A stretch of DNA of 37,541 bases, taken from positions 1 to 37,541 of the forward strand of contig CAKORQ010000002.1 in the NCBI GenBank assembly GCA_934101445.1, read 5' to 3'. Origin of the DNA: an uncultured Bacilli bacterium (lineage in GTDB: Bacteria > Bacillota_I > Bacilli_A > RF39 > UBA660). Position numbers and translations under genes: made by a program. The notes under the pieces are model-generated. The model was not told the origin of the DNA, did no database searches, and was given only the letters and a program-made list of their open reading frames with translations. Below are positions 17,620 through 26,516 of the stretch, piece by piece; within the stretch, counting starts at the first letter, position 1; each line of letters starts with the position of its first letter.

Positions 17620-19029
17620 CTAAAAAGCATCACCTAAAAATTCATCTTGAAAATCACTATTTCCCCCAAAAAAGGAAAATATCTTTCCTACTTTTGTTTT
17701 AGTAAAATTATCCATTTCTTGTTGCATTTTATCTTTTTCTTCTTTGGACATTTCATTATAGTCTTTAGATGAAGAAGTGTCTAAAGGACTCATTGTGATA
17801 TTATTAGAATAATTATAATCAACATTTAAATTAAAGTCTAAGTCATAAATAAATGTATCTAAACTTAGATTTACATTGAAGATTCCCGTAACATCCTTAT
17901 CTTTACTAATAGACTTTTTATTGCTTGTATTAATATTTAGAGTCATTCCTAAAAAACTAACCTTACCATCTAAAGTCGCTGTATCATCCTTATTATCATA
18001 ATAAAAGGTTCCCACCAAAATATCTTTATGGTAAACAGATATTGCTAATTTTTTATCGGAACTTTTTGTGCTTTCAACTCTTATTTTAGCAGACGGTAAA
18101 CTAAAACTAGTTTTTTTAGTTTCTGATACATAACTAAAATATAACGGTGTACTATTATTACCTATTTCAATACCAGCAAATTTATTTAAAACCCCCGAAG
18201 TATAAATATTTATCTCTAATACATCAGTCATATTTTCTAAAGTATCTTTTATCTTGGCCTCAACTTCACTAAATGACTTATAACCATTGATTATATATAA
18301 GCTACTATATAAATAATATTTTGAAGACGTATTTAAGTTATTATAAATATAATTTAAGATATCTTTATCTAACTTATAAGTATATTTATTATACTTAGTA
18401 AATTCATCTTTAAATGTGCCTTTATTTCGATAAACATTATTACTATTAATACTACTCAAAATTGTTTCTTTAAAACCTTCAATTGCTCCACTTAAAGAAA
18501 CACTATCATAATCAAGACCTATATCATTAAAATCATCGCCTGAATTTTCAAATTTAAGAAAAGTACATATAAAATCATCAGAAGTACTACAATCATAATT
18601 ATTAACATTATAAACATTATCAAATAAATTATCACTGGCTATATAAGTACCATCTTCCTTAAACAAAACACTACCACTCAAGATTTTCTTATTATCTTCA
18701 CTTAAATTCCCAGAAAGTTGTACTCTATCGTTTGTAACATCAAGAAAACCACGAATATTTAAAACATCATCTGCTAAAACATTTTCTACCAAATTGCCCC
18801 CTAACTTAATAGAACTTCCAAACTGTATGTCACGTTTATCAGCATCTTTAAATTTTTCAACAAAAGAAAACGTTTTAATAACACTTTGTTTTATAACATA
18901 TTTAGGATTATTTATTAAGGCATAGAATATCACAACCAAAAGGCCAATCATAACCAGCAAGAAACAACCAATAAACATCCATTTATTTAGTTTAAGCCTT
19001 CTCTTATTTTTCAAACTTTTATCATTCAT
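17620..19029 (-). CDS. Membrane-anchored hypothetical protein (469 aa)
   Basis: The N-terminus has a basic stretch followed by one hydrophobic helix (WMFIGCFLLVMIGLLVVIFYALI). This is followed by an N/S/Y/D/K-rich ectodomain with no motif I recognise. The SD GAGGT precedes the ATG. Confidence 0.6.
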   Translation of the reverse strand: MNDKSLKNKRRLKLNKWMFIGCFLLVMIGLLVVIFYALINNPKYVIKQSVIKTFSFVEKFKDADKRDIQFGSSIKLGGNLVENVLADDVLNIRGFLDVTNDRVQLSGNLSEDNKKILSGSVLFKEDGTYIASDNLFDNVYNVNNYDCSTSDDFICTFLKFENSGDDFNDIGLDYDSVSLSGAIEGFKETILSSINSNNVYRNKGTFKDEFTKYNKYTYKLDKDILNYIYNNLNTSSKYYLYSSLYIINGYKSFSEVEAKIKDTLENMTDVLEINIYTSGVLNKFAGIEIGNNSTPLYFSYVSETKKTSFSLPSAKIRVESTKSSDKKLAISVYHKDILVGTFYYDNKDDTATLDGKVSFLGMTLNINTSNKKSISKDKDVTGIFNVNLSLDTFIYDLDFNLNVDYNYSNNITMSPLDTSSSKDYNEMSKEEKDKMQQEMDNFTKTKVGKIFSFFGGNSDFQDEFLGDAF

Positions 19030-19206
19030 ATTATTACCTCTACTATTATAATCTTACCATTAATTATATATTTAAAGCAACAATTTAAGCATTCCTTTAT
19101 ACACTTTCCAAATATCAATCTTTTTTAAGAAAATAATATTATATTTTTAAATATGCAATCATTTTTTACAAATACATTTTCTTTACACCTATAAAATACA
19201 TTTATA

Positions 19207-20142
19207 TTATTTTAAATTTTCTTTTTCCTTATGGCGATTTACTAATTCTTTAATTTTTCTAAAATAATGATTTATTCCGGACTTACTTATTGATTTGCCA
19301 CTTTCCGTTGATACTATCTGGGCTAATTCCTGATATGAAGTCTCAGGATACTTAATGCGATATTCAATTACTTCTTGTATTCTGTCATCTAAAAGACCCA
19401 TTAAATCATGTTTTTTTAAATAATCTATATCATCTAGTTGTTTAAGACCAGTAATAGTTGTTTTTTCTTGATTAGCAATCTCACAATTATTTAAACGATT
19501 TACCATATTTTTATGATCACGATAAATTCTTATATCCTCAAAAAAGAACATACAGTTAATCGCCCCAAACATTTTTAACGTATCACTTATCATCTCCGCT
19601 TGTTTAACATATATCATATATTTAGTTTTCCTTTTTAGAATTTTAGAAACAACATTAAATTGCTTTAATAAGCCAACAATCAGACTAGCCTCTTCCTTAG
19701 TATCTACACTCATTTCCATGTGATATCCACTTGTTTGAGGATTACTAACACTACCTGTAGCCAAAAACAGCCCCCGTAAAAAAGCAATTTTTTCCTCATC
19801 CGTTTCTAGTAAATAAGCATCTGGCATTACTTTAGCACCATTTTTATAAATATTTAACTTTTCTAATACGGAGTTAACATCACTATTATATGTCAAAATG
19901 TATATTTGCTTAACTCGAAAACGATTTTGAATTCGCACCGTCATCTTAGGGCGAACTTGAAAACACATTTTCATTAAAGAATAAATCCTTCTTGCCACAG
20001 AAGCATTCTCTATCGTTAAAACTATTTCTTTATCTTTTATATCCCCATCAAACCGAATAAATGCTGATAATTCTGCAATTGCTTCCACAACTTCTATATC
20101 TAAATGAGCAATTTCATCTTTAATTTTCATTGTATACGTCAT
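19207..20142 (-). CDS. whiA: DNA-binding protein WhiA
   Basis: 311 aa containing LAFLRGLFLATGSVSNPQTSGYHMEM (a degenerate LAGLIDADG scaffold) and a C-terminal HTH (SYQELAQIV...SKSGINHYFRKI). Confidence 0.88.
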   Translation of the reverse strand: MTYTMKIKDEIAHLDIEVVEAIAELSAFIRFDGDIKDKEIVLTIENASVARRIYSLMKMCFQVRPKMTVRIQNRFRVKQIYILTYNSDVNSVLEKLNIYKNGAKVMPDAYLLETDEEKIAFLRGLFLATGSVSNPQTSGYHMEMSVDTKEEASLIVGLLKQFNVVSKILKRKTKYMIYVKQAEMISDTLKMFGAINCMFFFEDIRIYRDHKNMVNRLNNCEIANQEKTTITGLKQLDDIDYLKKHDLMGLLDDRIQEVIEYRIKYPETSYQELAQIVSTESGKSISKSGINHYFRKIKELVNRHKEKENLK

Positions 20143-20374
20143 GATTAACCAATCCCATCTTTTTTATCTTTATTTTTGTCTTAATCTCTCAAGAAATTCT
20201 TAAAATTATAACTGAATATTTTTCTTTTATCTACTAAACTTTATAATTATAAACAATATTATATCCAATCTTTAAATTTTTTTAAACTAAACTTAAAATT
20301 TATTAGCCAAATTATATCTAACTTTGCCAATTCGCCTTTTGAATATAAAAAACTAATATGTTATTCTACCAATC

Positions 20375-20496
20375 GATGTGAGCAATTACAAGTTATATTC
20401 ATAAAATTACCCCATTTATAACTAATATCAATTAATTAATCAAGTAATATAACTTCTATATTTTTCTAATTCTAATACCTTACTTCGGCTCACATC
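20375..20496. repeat. Nested inverted repeats (candidate structured RNA or DNA element) in the whiA upstream spacer
   Basis: The outer arms GATGTGAGC (20375..20383) and GCTCACATC (20488..20496) form 9 perfect bp. The inner arms AAGTTATATT (20390..20399) and AATATAACTT (20446..20455) form 10 perfect bp. The connectors are asymmetric, 6 nt versus 32 nt. Confidence 0.5.
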
Positions 20497-20542
20497 AAAA
20501 AAACTATATTTGAATTTCGTTAACCGATTTTCTTATATAGTT
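20495..20542 (-). terminator. Candidate terminator after the M23 peptidase gene
   Basis: On the minus strand: AACTATAT, a 25-nt loop, ATATAGTT, then TTTTTTT. The stem is AT-only and the loop is large. Confidence 0.4.
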
Positions 20543-20568
20543 TTTGTTTTAATCTTTTTAATTAAATG

Positions 20569-21789
20569 TTATCTTGAATACCACCATACTCCTTTTTTAG
20601 GATATCCTGGAGGTTCAATGGAATTGGCAATAAATTTCGACCAACTAGTATAATCCTTTAAATAATAACCTTTGGATATACCAAAATGTAAATGAGTTCC
20701 GGTTGTACATCTATCATAGCCACCGTTAGCCTTGGCCGTTGAACCACCACCAATCAAGCCAATTACGGTATTAGTAGTAACTTTATCTCCGACATTAACT
20801 TTGATTGATAAAAGATGGGCATACTGCATCGTATAAGCCTTTCCTAGAACATTAACATGAATATAAACCATATTACCGCCACAACTTGACCTTCTAGTTA
20901 CGGCTGCTACCGTCCCTGCCGCTGCCGCATAAGCCGGAGTCCCTTCTGCATTACCACCAATATCATGAGCATTGTGAAAACTTCCCGTATTAAGTACAGG
21001 ATTACGATATCCCCAACGTGAATTAATCTTTCCTTTGACCACTGGTTTTAACCAACCAGAAGAGGCTTGAACCGACGTACACGATGTTAATAACTGAGTT
21101 TCACTAGTACAAATAGTTTTATAATAATTGATTAAGGCTTGTTGATTTTTAATCTGAGAATCTATATCCTCATTTATATCATTTATCTCATCTAATTGAT
21201 TGTTAAGTTTAGAAATAGCCTTAGAAGTATTAGCAATTTTATCATCTAACTCTAAGTTTTTATTGGCTAAATCAATCTTTAATTGTTCATTTTCCTTAAT
21301 TAATTTATCTAAATCATCTATTTTATTTTTATAATAACTAGATAACTGCGATACCGCCTCAACTCGCATTATTAAATCCGTTGGACTCGATGCTCCCGTA
21401 ATATATTCTAAATATTCGTTCTGATTATTGCTTAATTGATAATACTTTAAAACAACATCAACATCTTCTTTAGCCTTAATGATATCTTCATTACTTTTTT
21501 TTATTTTTTCCTCAGCATCAACTACATCATTAGCAATTTGCTGTTGTTCTTGTCTCGCATTTTCAACAGACTGCTTATTTTGATTAATTTGATTCTGAGT
21601 CTGTTTCTTTTCGTTTTGTTTATCAACTTTTTGTTGTTTTAAAGACTCTAATTCCTTTTTTAATCCCGCAATCGTTGTGGCTTTACTATTGTTGGTAGCA
21701 GCCATAACACTGAAAGGCTCAACAAAATAAGGAATAAGCATTAAAAAACTCAAAATAATTCTTAATGTATAATTAACAAATTTTTTCAT
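20569..21789 (-). CDS. Coiled-coil M23 family peptidase (EnvC/PcsB-like partner of FtsEX)
   Basis: It has a signal/TM sequence, then about 200 aa of Q/N/K/E-rich heptad-like sequence, then a C-terminal M23 domain (HNAHDIGG...THLHFG). Its ATG overlaps the ftsX stop (TAATG). Confidence 0.85.
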   Translation of the reverse strand: MKKFVNYTLRIILSFLMLIPYFVEPFSVMAATNNSKATTIAGLKKELESLKQQKVDKQNEKKQTQNQINQNKQSVENARQEQQQIANDVVDAEEKIKKSNEDIIKAKEDVDVVLKYYQLSNNQNEYLEYITGASSPTDLIMRVEAVSQLSSYYKNKIDDLDKLIKENEQLKIDLANKNLELDDKIANTSKAISKLNNQLDEINDINEDIDSQIKNQQALINYYKTICTSETQLLTSCTSVQASSGWLKPVVKGKINSRWGYRNPVLNTGSFHNAHDIGGNAEGTPAYAAAAGTVAAVTRRSSCGGNMVYIHVNVLGKAYTMQYAHLLSIKVNVGDKVTTNTVIGLIGGGSTAKANGGYDRCTTGTHLHFGISKGYYLKDYTSWSKFIANSIEPPGYPKKGVWWYSR

Positions 21790-22682
21790 TATATTTTCAA
21801 ATACTTTCTAACCGCTCTACTACTACCAAACATTCCAACTAAGCCACCAATAACCACTAAAATTATGGAAACAAACCAAATTATGTTCATTGGTTTAATT
21901 AACTCTACAATATGAGAAAATAAATATCCATCAAAATGATCATAAATTAAAATATAGCCATAAACTGTAATAATAATGGGAATAATAGAACCGATAATTC
22001 CTAAAATAAAGCCTTCAATTATAAAAGGTTGTCTAATAGCAAAATTGCTGGTACCAACTAATCTTTTAATTTCAATTTCGCTTCTTCTAGAAAATATAGT
22101 TAATTTAATAGTATTACTTATTAAAAAGGCTGTAACCAATATCAAAGCCACTACAATAATTATCATGGCTTTTTCTACCACATCAAATATAAAAACCAAC
22201 TTATCTACACTTTCCTCACCATATTTAGCAGACTTTACGCCATCCATCGCTCTAATTGCACTAGCAACGTATGATAGGCTTTTTATATCTGTTACCTTAA
22301 CTGTAATAGAATCTAATAGAGGATTAGTATCTAAATAACCAAGAGTTGTTCCTAACTCTTCACTCGAATCAATCATTTCCTGTTTCCAGTCATCTTTAGA
22401 TTTATAAATAAGGGATTCATAATTTCTTAATTTTTTTATTTCTTCTTCTATCGTCTTAGTCTGTTCTTCAGTAACATCTTCTTTTAAATAGACAACTATT
22501 GTTAAAGTTTCTTCTAATCTTTTTGTAAAATGATCAACATTAGCACTTATTACTATAGCAATAGCAACTAAAATAAGAGTAATAGTTATACAAGTAACTG
22601 AGGCAATTGAAAGACTAAAATTTCTAAAAACACTTCTTATACCATCACGAAAGTTTCGACCTAAAATTCTTAGATATCTCAT
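21789..22682 (-). CDS. ftsX: Cell division permease FtsX
   Basis: 297 aa with TM1, a large extracytoplasmic loop and three C-terminal TMs. The N-terminus reads RNFRDGIRSVFRNFSLSIASV. It overlaps ftsE by ATGA. Confidence 0.88.
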   Translation of the reverse strand: MRYLRILGRNFRDGIRSVFRNFSLSIASVTCITITLILVAIAIVISANVDHFTKRLEETLTIVVYLKEDVTEEQTKTIEEEIKKLRNYESLIYKSKDDWKQEMIDSSEELGTTLGYLDTNPLLDSITVKVTDIKSLSYVASAIRAMDGVKSAKYGEESVDKLVFIFDVVEKAMIIIVVALILVTAFLISNTIKLTIFSRRSEIEIKRLVGTSNFAIRQPFIIEGFILGIIGSIIPIIITVYGYILIYDHFDGYLFSHIVELIKPMNIIWFVSIILVVIGGLVGMFGSSRAVRKYLKI

Positions 22683-23368
22683 ACCTTATACGCTCCTTTC
22701 TCAACATCACTAACTTTAACTCCATCTTCAATGGTAACAACTCTTTGTTTCATTCTATCTACTATATCCTTATCATGAGTAGCCATTACCACGGTTGTTC
22801 CTAATTCTTTATTAATTTTATATATAGTTCGCATTATTTCCTTTGATGTCTCTGGGTCTAAATTACCTGTTGGCTCATCGCAAATTAAAACCTTGGGTTC
22901 ATTTACGATAGCCCTGGCAATACAAACTCGTTGCATTTCCCCGCCAGATAACTCTTTGGGCATACTTTTTACTTTTTCTTTTAAGCCAACTAATTCTAAA
23001 GCCATCATAACTTTAGGTTTGATTTCACTTGCTTTAAAACCTTGAGTTTCTAAAGGAAATGCTACATTTTCATAAACAGTCAATTTAGGTAATAATTTAA
23101 AATCTTGGAACACAACCCCTAATTTTCGACGTAATTTATAAACCTTGCCATTTCTTAACTTACTAACATTTACCCCGCCCACATAAACTTCTCCAGAAGT
23201 TGGTCTTTCTTCTCGATAAAGCATTTTAATCAAAGTTGATTTTCCTGATGCCGTGGGTCCAATTACAAAAACAAATTCACCTTTTTTTATGCTCAAATTC
23301 ACATTTGCTAGAGCAGTAACGCCATTTTTATAGACTTTTGAACAATTTTTAACTTCAATAAATTTCAC
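22679..23368 (-). CDS. ftsE: Cell division ATP-binding protein FtsE
   Basis: It has Walker A GPTASGKST, the ABC signature LSGGEMQR and Walker B LICDEPTGNLD. The preferred start is the GTG at 23368..23366, which has a strong SD AAGGTGG 5 nt upstream and gives MKFIEVKNCSKVY. The ORF-track TTG at 23392 has no SD. Confidence 0.88.
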   Translation of the reverse strand: MKFIEVKNCSKVYKNGVTALANVNLSIKKGEFVFVIGPTASGKSTLIKMLYREERPTSGEVYVGGVNVSKLRNGKVYKLRRKLGVVFQDFKLLPKLTVYENVAFPLETQGFKASEIKPKVMMALELVGLKEKVKSMPKELSGGEMQRVCIARAIVNEPKVLICDEPTGNLDPETSKEIMRTIYKINKELGTTVVMATHDKDIVDRMKQRVVTIEDGVKVSDVEKGAYKV

Positions 23369-23428
23369 TGCAACCACCTTTACCATAATCAATATATCAT
23401 AGTTTTGTGAAAAATAAAAGAATAATGC

Positions 23429-24514
23429 CTAATTGTCATTACTCTCTTTCACTAAATATTCTGTATATTCATTTACTATTAAATTAATAACTGGTAATAA
23501 TCTTTTTACTTGCCGATAAGGAGTAACATCGTAACTCGCACTGGCACTAGCAAGAACAAGCATCGGATGATAACCAAACAAAATTCCTGAAGATATTGTA
23601 ACATCCTTAGTAAACCCTTCTTTTGTTGCACTATTTATATTAGGAATTGTATTTTTAAAATAATTAAAAACATTATTAGAAAGCAAATTTAAATATTCTT
23701 CTCCCCAAGTACTTTCTTTAGCAAAATGATATATTTCTTGCCAGATAATAGCCATACTTCTTAAATCAGTAAGCCCCCATGGATTATAGGCCGTTAAATG
23801 TAGTCTTTTTATACCTAACTCATCTAACATTGCGTTATAGCCAATAACTCCAAAGCGAGCATGTAACATTTTATAGGCTACATTATCACTATTAACTATA
23901 GTATATTTTATTAAGTCCCTTACTGTATACAAAGTACCAACCGGACTTTCTTTAACTAATCCAGTCCCATCATTAAAGTAAGTATAAGTATACATTAATT
24001 GTTCATCCAAATCAACTTGACCTAAACTAACTTGTTTATAAAGATACAAGCAATATGCAGCCTTAATAATACTAGCCGTCTGATAAATATTATCAACATT
24101 ATAACCAATAGACGCTCCCGTTTTTAAATCAAGAAGATAAACCGATGAATAAGCCTTATATGAATTAATAGTTTGATAAAGTAAATCAGTAATCCCACTG
24201 CTCATTGTATAATCAGTATTTAAAGTAGTTATTTGATTTTTTATATAAAAATACGAATTAATATCCCACAAAGGAACCTCATCAGTTTCAATCTCATCCG
24301 GTTTAAAATCACTTTTATAAACATAATCAATTGGTTCTTGATTATTACTTAACAACTTTTTATTTTCACTAAAATAATCATTTTGAAATTTAACTTCATT
24401 TTTTACTTCTGGACTTTTAGAAAACAAATACCAACTAACACCAGCAAAAGCTATAAAGCAAATTACTCCACAAAATATTAGCGAAACAATTAAACAATTA
24501 ATAATTTTTTTCAT
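23429..24514 (-). CDS. Membrane-anchored serine hydrolase (class A beta-lactamase / DD-peptidase-like fold)
   Basis: It contains SxxK (TASIIKAAY), SDN (NSDNVAY) and a KxG-like ATKEGF. An N-terminal TM helix follows MKKIINCLIV. The start was set to the ATG at 24514; the ORF-track TTG at 24532 directly abuts the yitT stop. Confidence 0.55.
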   Translation of the reverse strand: MKKIINCLIVSLIFCGVICFIAFAGVSWYLFSKSPEVKNEVKFQNDYFSENKKLLSNNQEPIDYVYKSDFKPDEIETDEVPLWDINSYFYIKNQITTLNTDYTMSSGITDLLYQTINSYKAYSSVYLLDLKTGASIGYNVDNIYQTASIIKAAYCLYLYKQVSLGQVDLDEQLMYTYTYFNDGTGLVKESPVGTLYTVRDLIKYTIVNSDNVAYKMLHARFGVIGYNAMLDELGIKRLHLTAYNPWGLTDLRSMAIIWQEIYHFAKESTWGEEYLNLLSNNVFNYFKNTIPNINSATKEGFTKDVTISSGILFGYHPMLVLASASASYDVTPYRQVKRLLPVINLIVNEYTEYLVKESNDN

Positions 24515-24532
24515 TTCTATCCAATTCCTCAA

Positions 24533-25420
24533 CTAAAATACTAGTCTTTTCTTTTCTTTCTTGCCACCAGTTACCTCATAGCAATCACTAACAACGATAA
24601 AAGCGTTTGCATCAATTTCTAAAATTTTCTCTCGAAAGGCATTATAAGCTCTAGTAGGAACAACCACCTGCAGCATTTTTCCTTTCTCAAACAAAAAACC
24701 GCCAGTTGTATCTAAAATAGTTACTCCTGTATGCATATTATTTATAACGTAATCTTGAATTTTTCGATATTTTTTACTAGATATTAAAAACATTTTACTC
24801 GTAGATATACCTATAATAATCTTATCTACAATTTTAGTTGAAATTATTAATAAAATTAAAGAATAAATAGCGTTTGGTATGCCAAATACTAAAATTCCTA
24901 ATAACACTATTACAGTATTCATAAGTAATTGGGACTTTCCTTCTGTCAAGTGCTGATATTTATGAATAATTTTCATAATAATATCGCTCCCTCCCACCGT
25001 AAAGCCACTTTTATACACAAAACCATTTCCTATCCCCAACAATACACCAGCAATTATAATTATAATAACTATATTAGAAAAAGTAAAAAAAGGCGCTACT
25101 AAATCACAAAGTGGTTTAACAAAATCAATTAATAAAGGATAGAGTATAGCCCCAATAACACTATTATAAGTTGTATCTTTGTCTAAAGTAAAATATGATA
25201 AAATTATCAAAAAAATACTACTTATAAAAATAAAATAAGAAGGTCTTATCCCACACAAAAAATTTAACATGGTAGCAATTCCTGTCATACCACCAATATT
25301 AAATTCATTTGGTAACACAAATAAATTATAATTAATAGCCAATATTAATAACCCTATTAAAAAAACTGCTAAACTTTTTAATCTTTCTTTACCTGTTAAA
25401 TGCCCCATTACTCTTTTCAT
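24533..25420 (-). CDS. YitT-family membrane protein (DUF161 repeats plus a C-terminal DUF2179-like domain)
   Basis: 295 aa with five or six TM helices, the motif FNIGGMTGIA and a soluble C-terminal domain ending VVSDCYEVTGG. Confidence 0.7.
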   Translation of the reverse strand: MKRVMGHLTGKERLKSLAVFLIGLLILAINYNLFVLPNEFNIGGMTGIATMLNFLCGIRPSYFIFISSIFLIILSYFTLDKDTTYNSVIGAILYPLLIDFVKPLCDLVAPFFTFSNIVIIIIIAGVLLGIGNGFVYKSGFTVGGSDIIMKIIHKYQHLTEGKSQLLMNTVIVLLGILVFGIPNAIYSLILLIISTKIVDKIIIGISTSKMFLISSKKYRKIQDYVINNMHTGVTILDTTGGFLFEKGKMLQVVVPTRAYNAFREKILEIDANAFIVVSDCYEVTGGKKEKKRLVF

Positions 25421-25446
25421 TGCTATCTTACTCCTACTATAATAAT

Positions 25447-25474
25447 ACTATATTTTTCTAAATTTGCATATAGT
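25447..25474 (+). promoter_or_regulatory. Candidate mother-cell-type (sigma-K/sigma-E-like) promoter of gerQ
   Basis: AC (25447..25448), 18 nt, then CATATAGT (25467..25474). This resembles the AC-N16-18-CATAnnnT pattern. The SD GAGGTG is at 25479..25484. Confidence 0.3.
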
Positions 25475-25493
25475 TAATGAGGTGAATTTATAA

Positions 25494-25931
25494 ATGAATG
25501 GAACATATTACCAAAATCCAACTTTTCCAACTAACCAAAATAATTATGATGTTAACATGGCTATTCCCAATAATCAAAATTATTCAGGAGGCTCTATTCC
25601 TGCTAATAATCAATTAACTCCTACTAATAACAATAATTTTACTCCAGACTACAATACTGGAAACACGCTACCTATGGAACAAAGTTACATTGAAAACATT
25701 TTAAGGTTAAATAAGGGTAAAATGGTAAAGGCTTATGTAAGTTTTCCAGACTCAACCGAATGGCGTAATAAAATATTTGCTGGTCGCATTGAAGAAGCCG
25801 GTCGTGATCATCTAATTATTAGTAATCCATCTACTGGCGAGTGGGATTTAATCTTAATGATTTACTTAAATTATGTAACTTTTGACGAAAAAATAAATTA
25901 TAGTCATAGTTATTCTCAAAAGAACTTCTAA
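25494..25931 (+). CDS. gerQ: Spore coat protein GerQ
   Basis: It has an N/Q/P-rich N-terminus. This is followed by PMEQSYIENILRLNKGK...F.GRIEEAGRDHLIISNP...IYLNYVTFDE, which matches the remembered C-terminal domain of B. subtilis GerQ/YwdL nearly motif for motif. Confidence 0.85.
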   Translation: MNGTYYQNPTFPTNQNNYDVNMAIPNNQNYSGGSIPANNQLTPTNNNNFTPDYNTGNTLPMEQSYIENILRLNKGKMVKAYVSFPDSTEWRNKIFAGRIEEAGRDHLIISNPSTGEWDLILMIYLNYVTFDEKINYSHSYSQKNF

Positions 25932-25944
25932 AAAAAGAAGTTCT
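25921..25944. terminator. Perfect 9-bp inverted repeat shared by the convergent gerQ and MBL gene ends (candidate bidirectional terminator)
   Basis: AGAACTTCT-aaaaaa-AGAAGTTCT. The gerQ stop (25929..25931) and the MBL gene stop (25928..25930) both lie inside it. T-rich sequence follows on both strands. Confidence 0.5.
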
Positions 25945-26428
25945 TTGCTATTTCTAAGCTCATTTTTAAAGTACCAGAATAAAAGTGTCCAGGATAAATC
26001 TTAGTATTTAAAGGATAATTACTTATTTTTTCCAATGATTTTTGCATATCTTCATGACTACCAGTAGGTAAATCCATTCTTCCTATCGAATTATAAAATA
26101 GAAAATCGCCTGTAAACATTATATTTTCTTCTGGAAAATAAAAAGTTTTCGAATCACTTGTATGCCCTGGTGTTGCAATAACCTCGTATTTAAATGTTTC
26201 TTGCTTAAAATCGTTGGCCTTTATACCATACTTGTTTTCTAACTCTTTTAAGGCCCCAATATGATCAAAATGATGATGAGTAACTAAAATTTCTTCTAGT
26301 GTTCCCTTAATTTCATTATCAATTTTTTTAAATTCATCCCCAGGATCAATTACTAAATATTTTCCATCTTTTTCTAAAATATAACAATTTTCCTCTAGTT
26401 CACCAACCACAATTCTTTTTATATTCAT
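25928..26428 (-). CDS. Small MBL-fold metallo-hydrolase (glyoxalase II-like)
   Basis: 166 aa with the HxHxDH motif (THHHFDH), then GHTSDS and a later GH. Confidence 0.75.
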   Translation of the reverse strand: MNIKRIVVGELEENCYILEKDGKYLVIDPGDEFKKIDNEIKGTLEEILVTHHHFDHIGALKELENKYGIKANDFKQETFKYEVIATPGHTSDSKTFYFPEENIMFTGDFLFYNSIGRMDLPTGSHEDMQKSLEKISNYPLNTKIYPGHFYSGTLKMSLEIAKNFFF

Positions 26429-26461
26429 TTTATCACCATCACTACAATAACATATAATTTA

Positions 26462-26490
26462 TTTACTAGCAAGTCAGTGTGTGTTATACT
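26462..26490 (+). promoter_or_regulatory. Sigma-A-type promoter of lemA
   Basis: -35 TTTACT (26462..26467), a 17-nt spacer, and a -10 TATACT (26485..26490) preceded by TGt (extended -10). Confidence 0.5.
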
Positions 26491-26516
26491 ATTCTTATAG
26501 AATATGAGGTGTAATT

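Noticed and set aside
19160-19206. AAATGTATTT direct repeat just downstream of whiA
   Set aside because: It is a pair of 10-mers in AT-only sequence with no stem or T-run, so it is consistent with chance.
21976-22338. 120-aa plus-strand ORF
   Set aside because: It is antisense to ftsX. Its hydrophobic content mirrors the TM helices of the opposite-strand gene.
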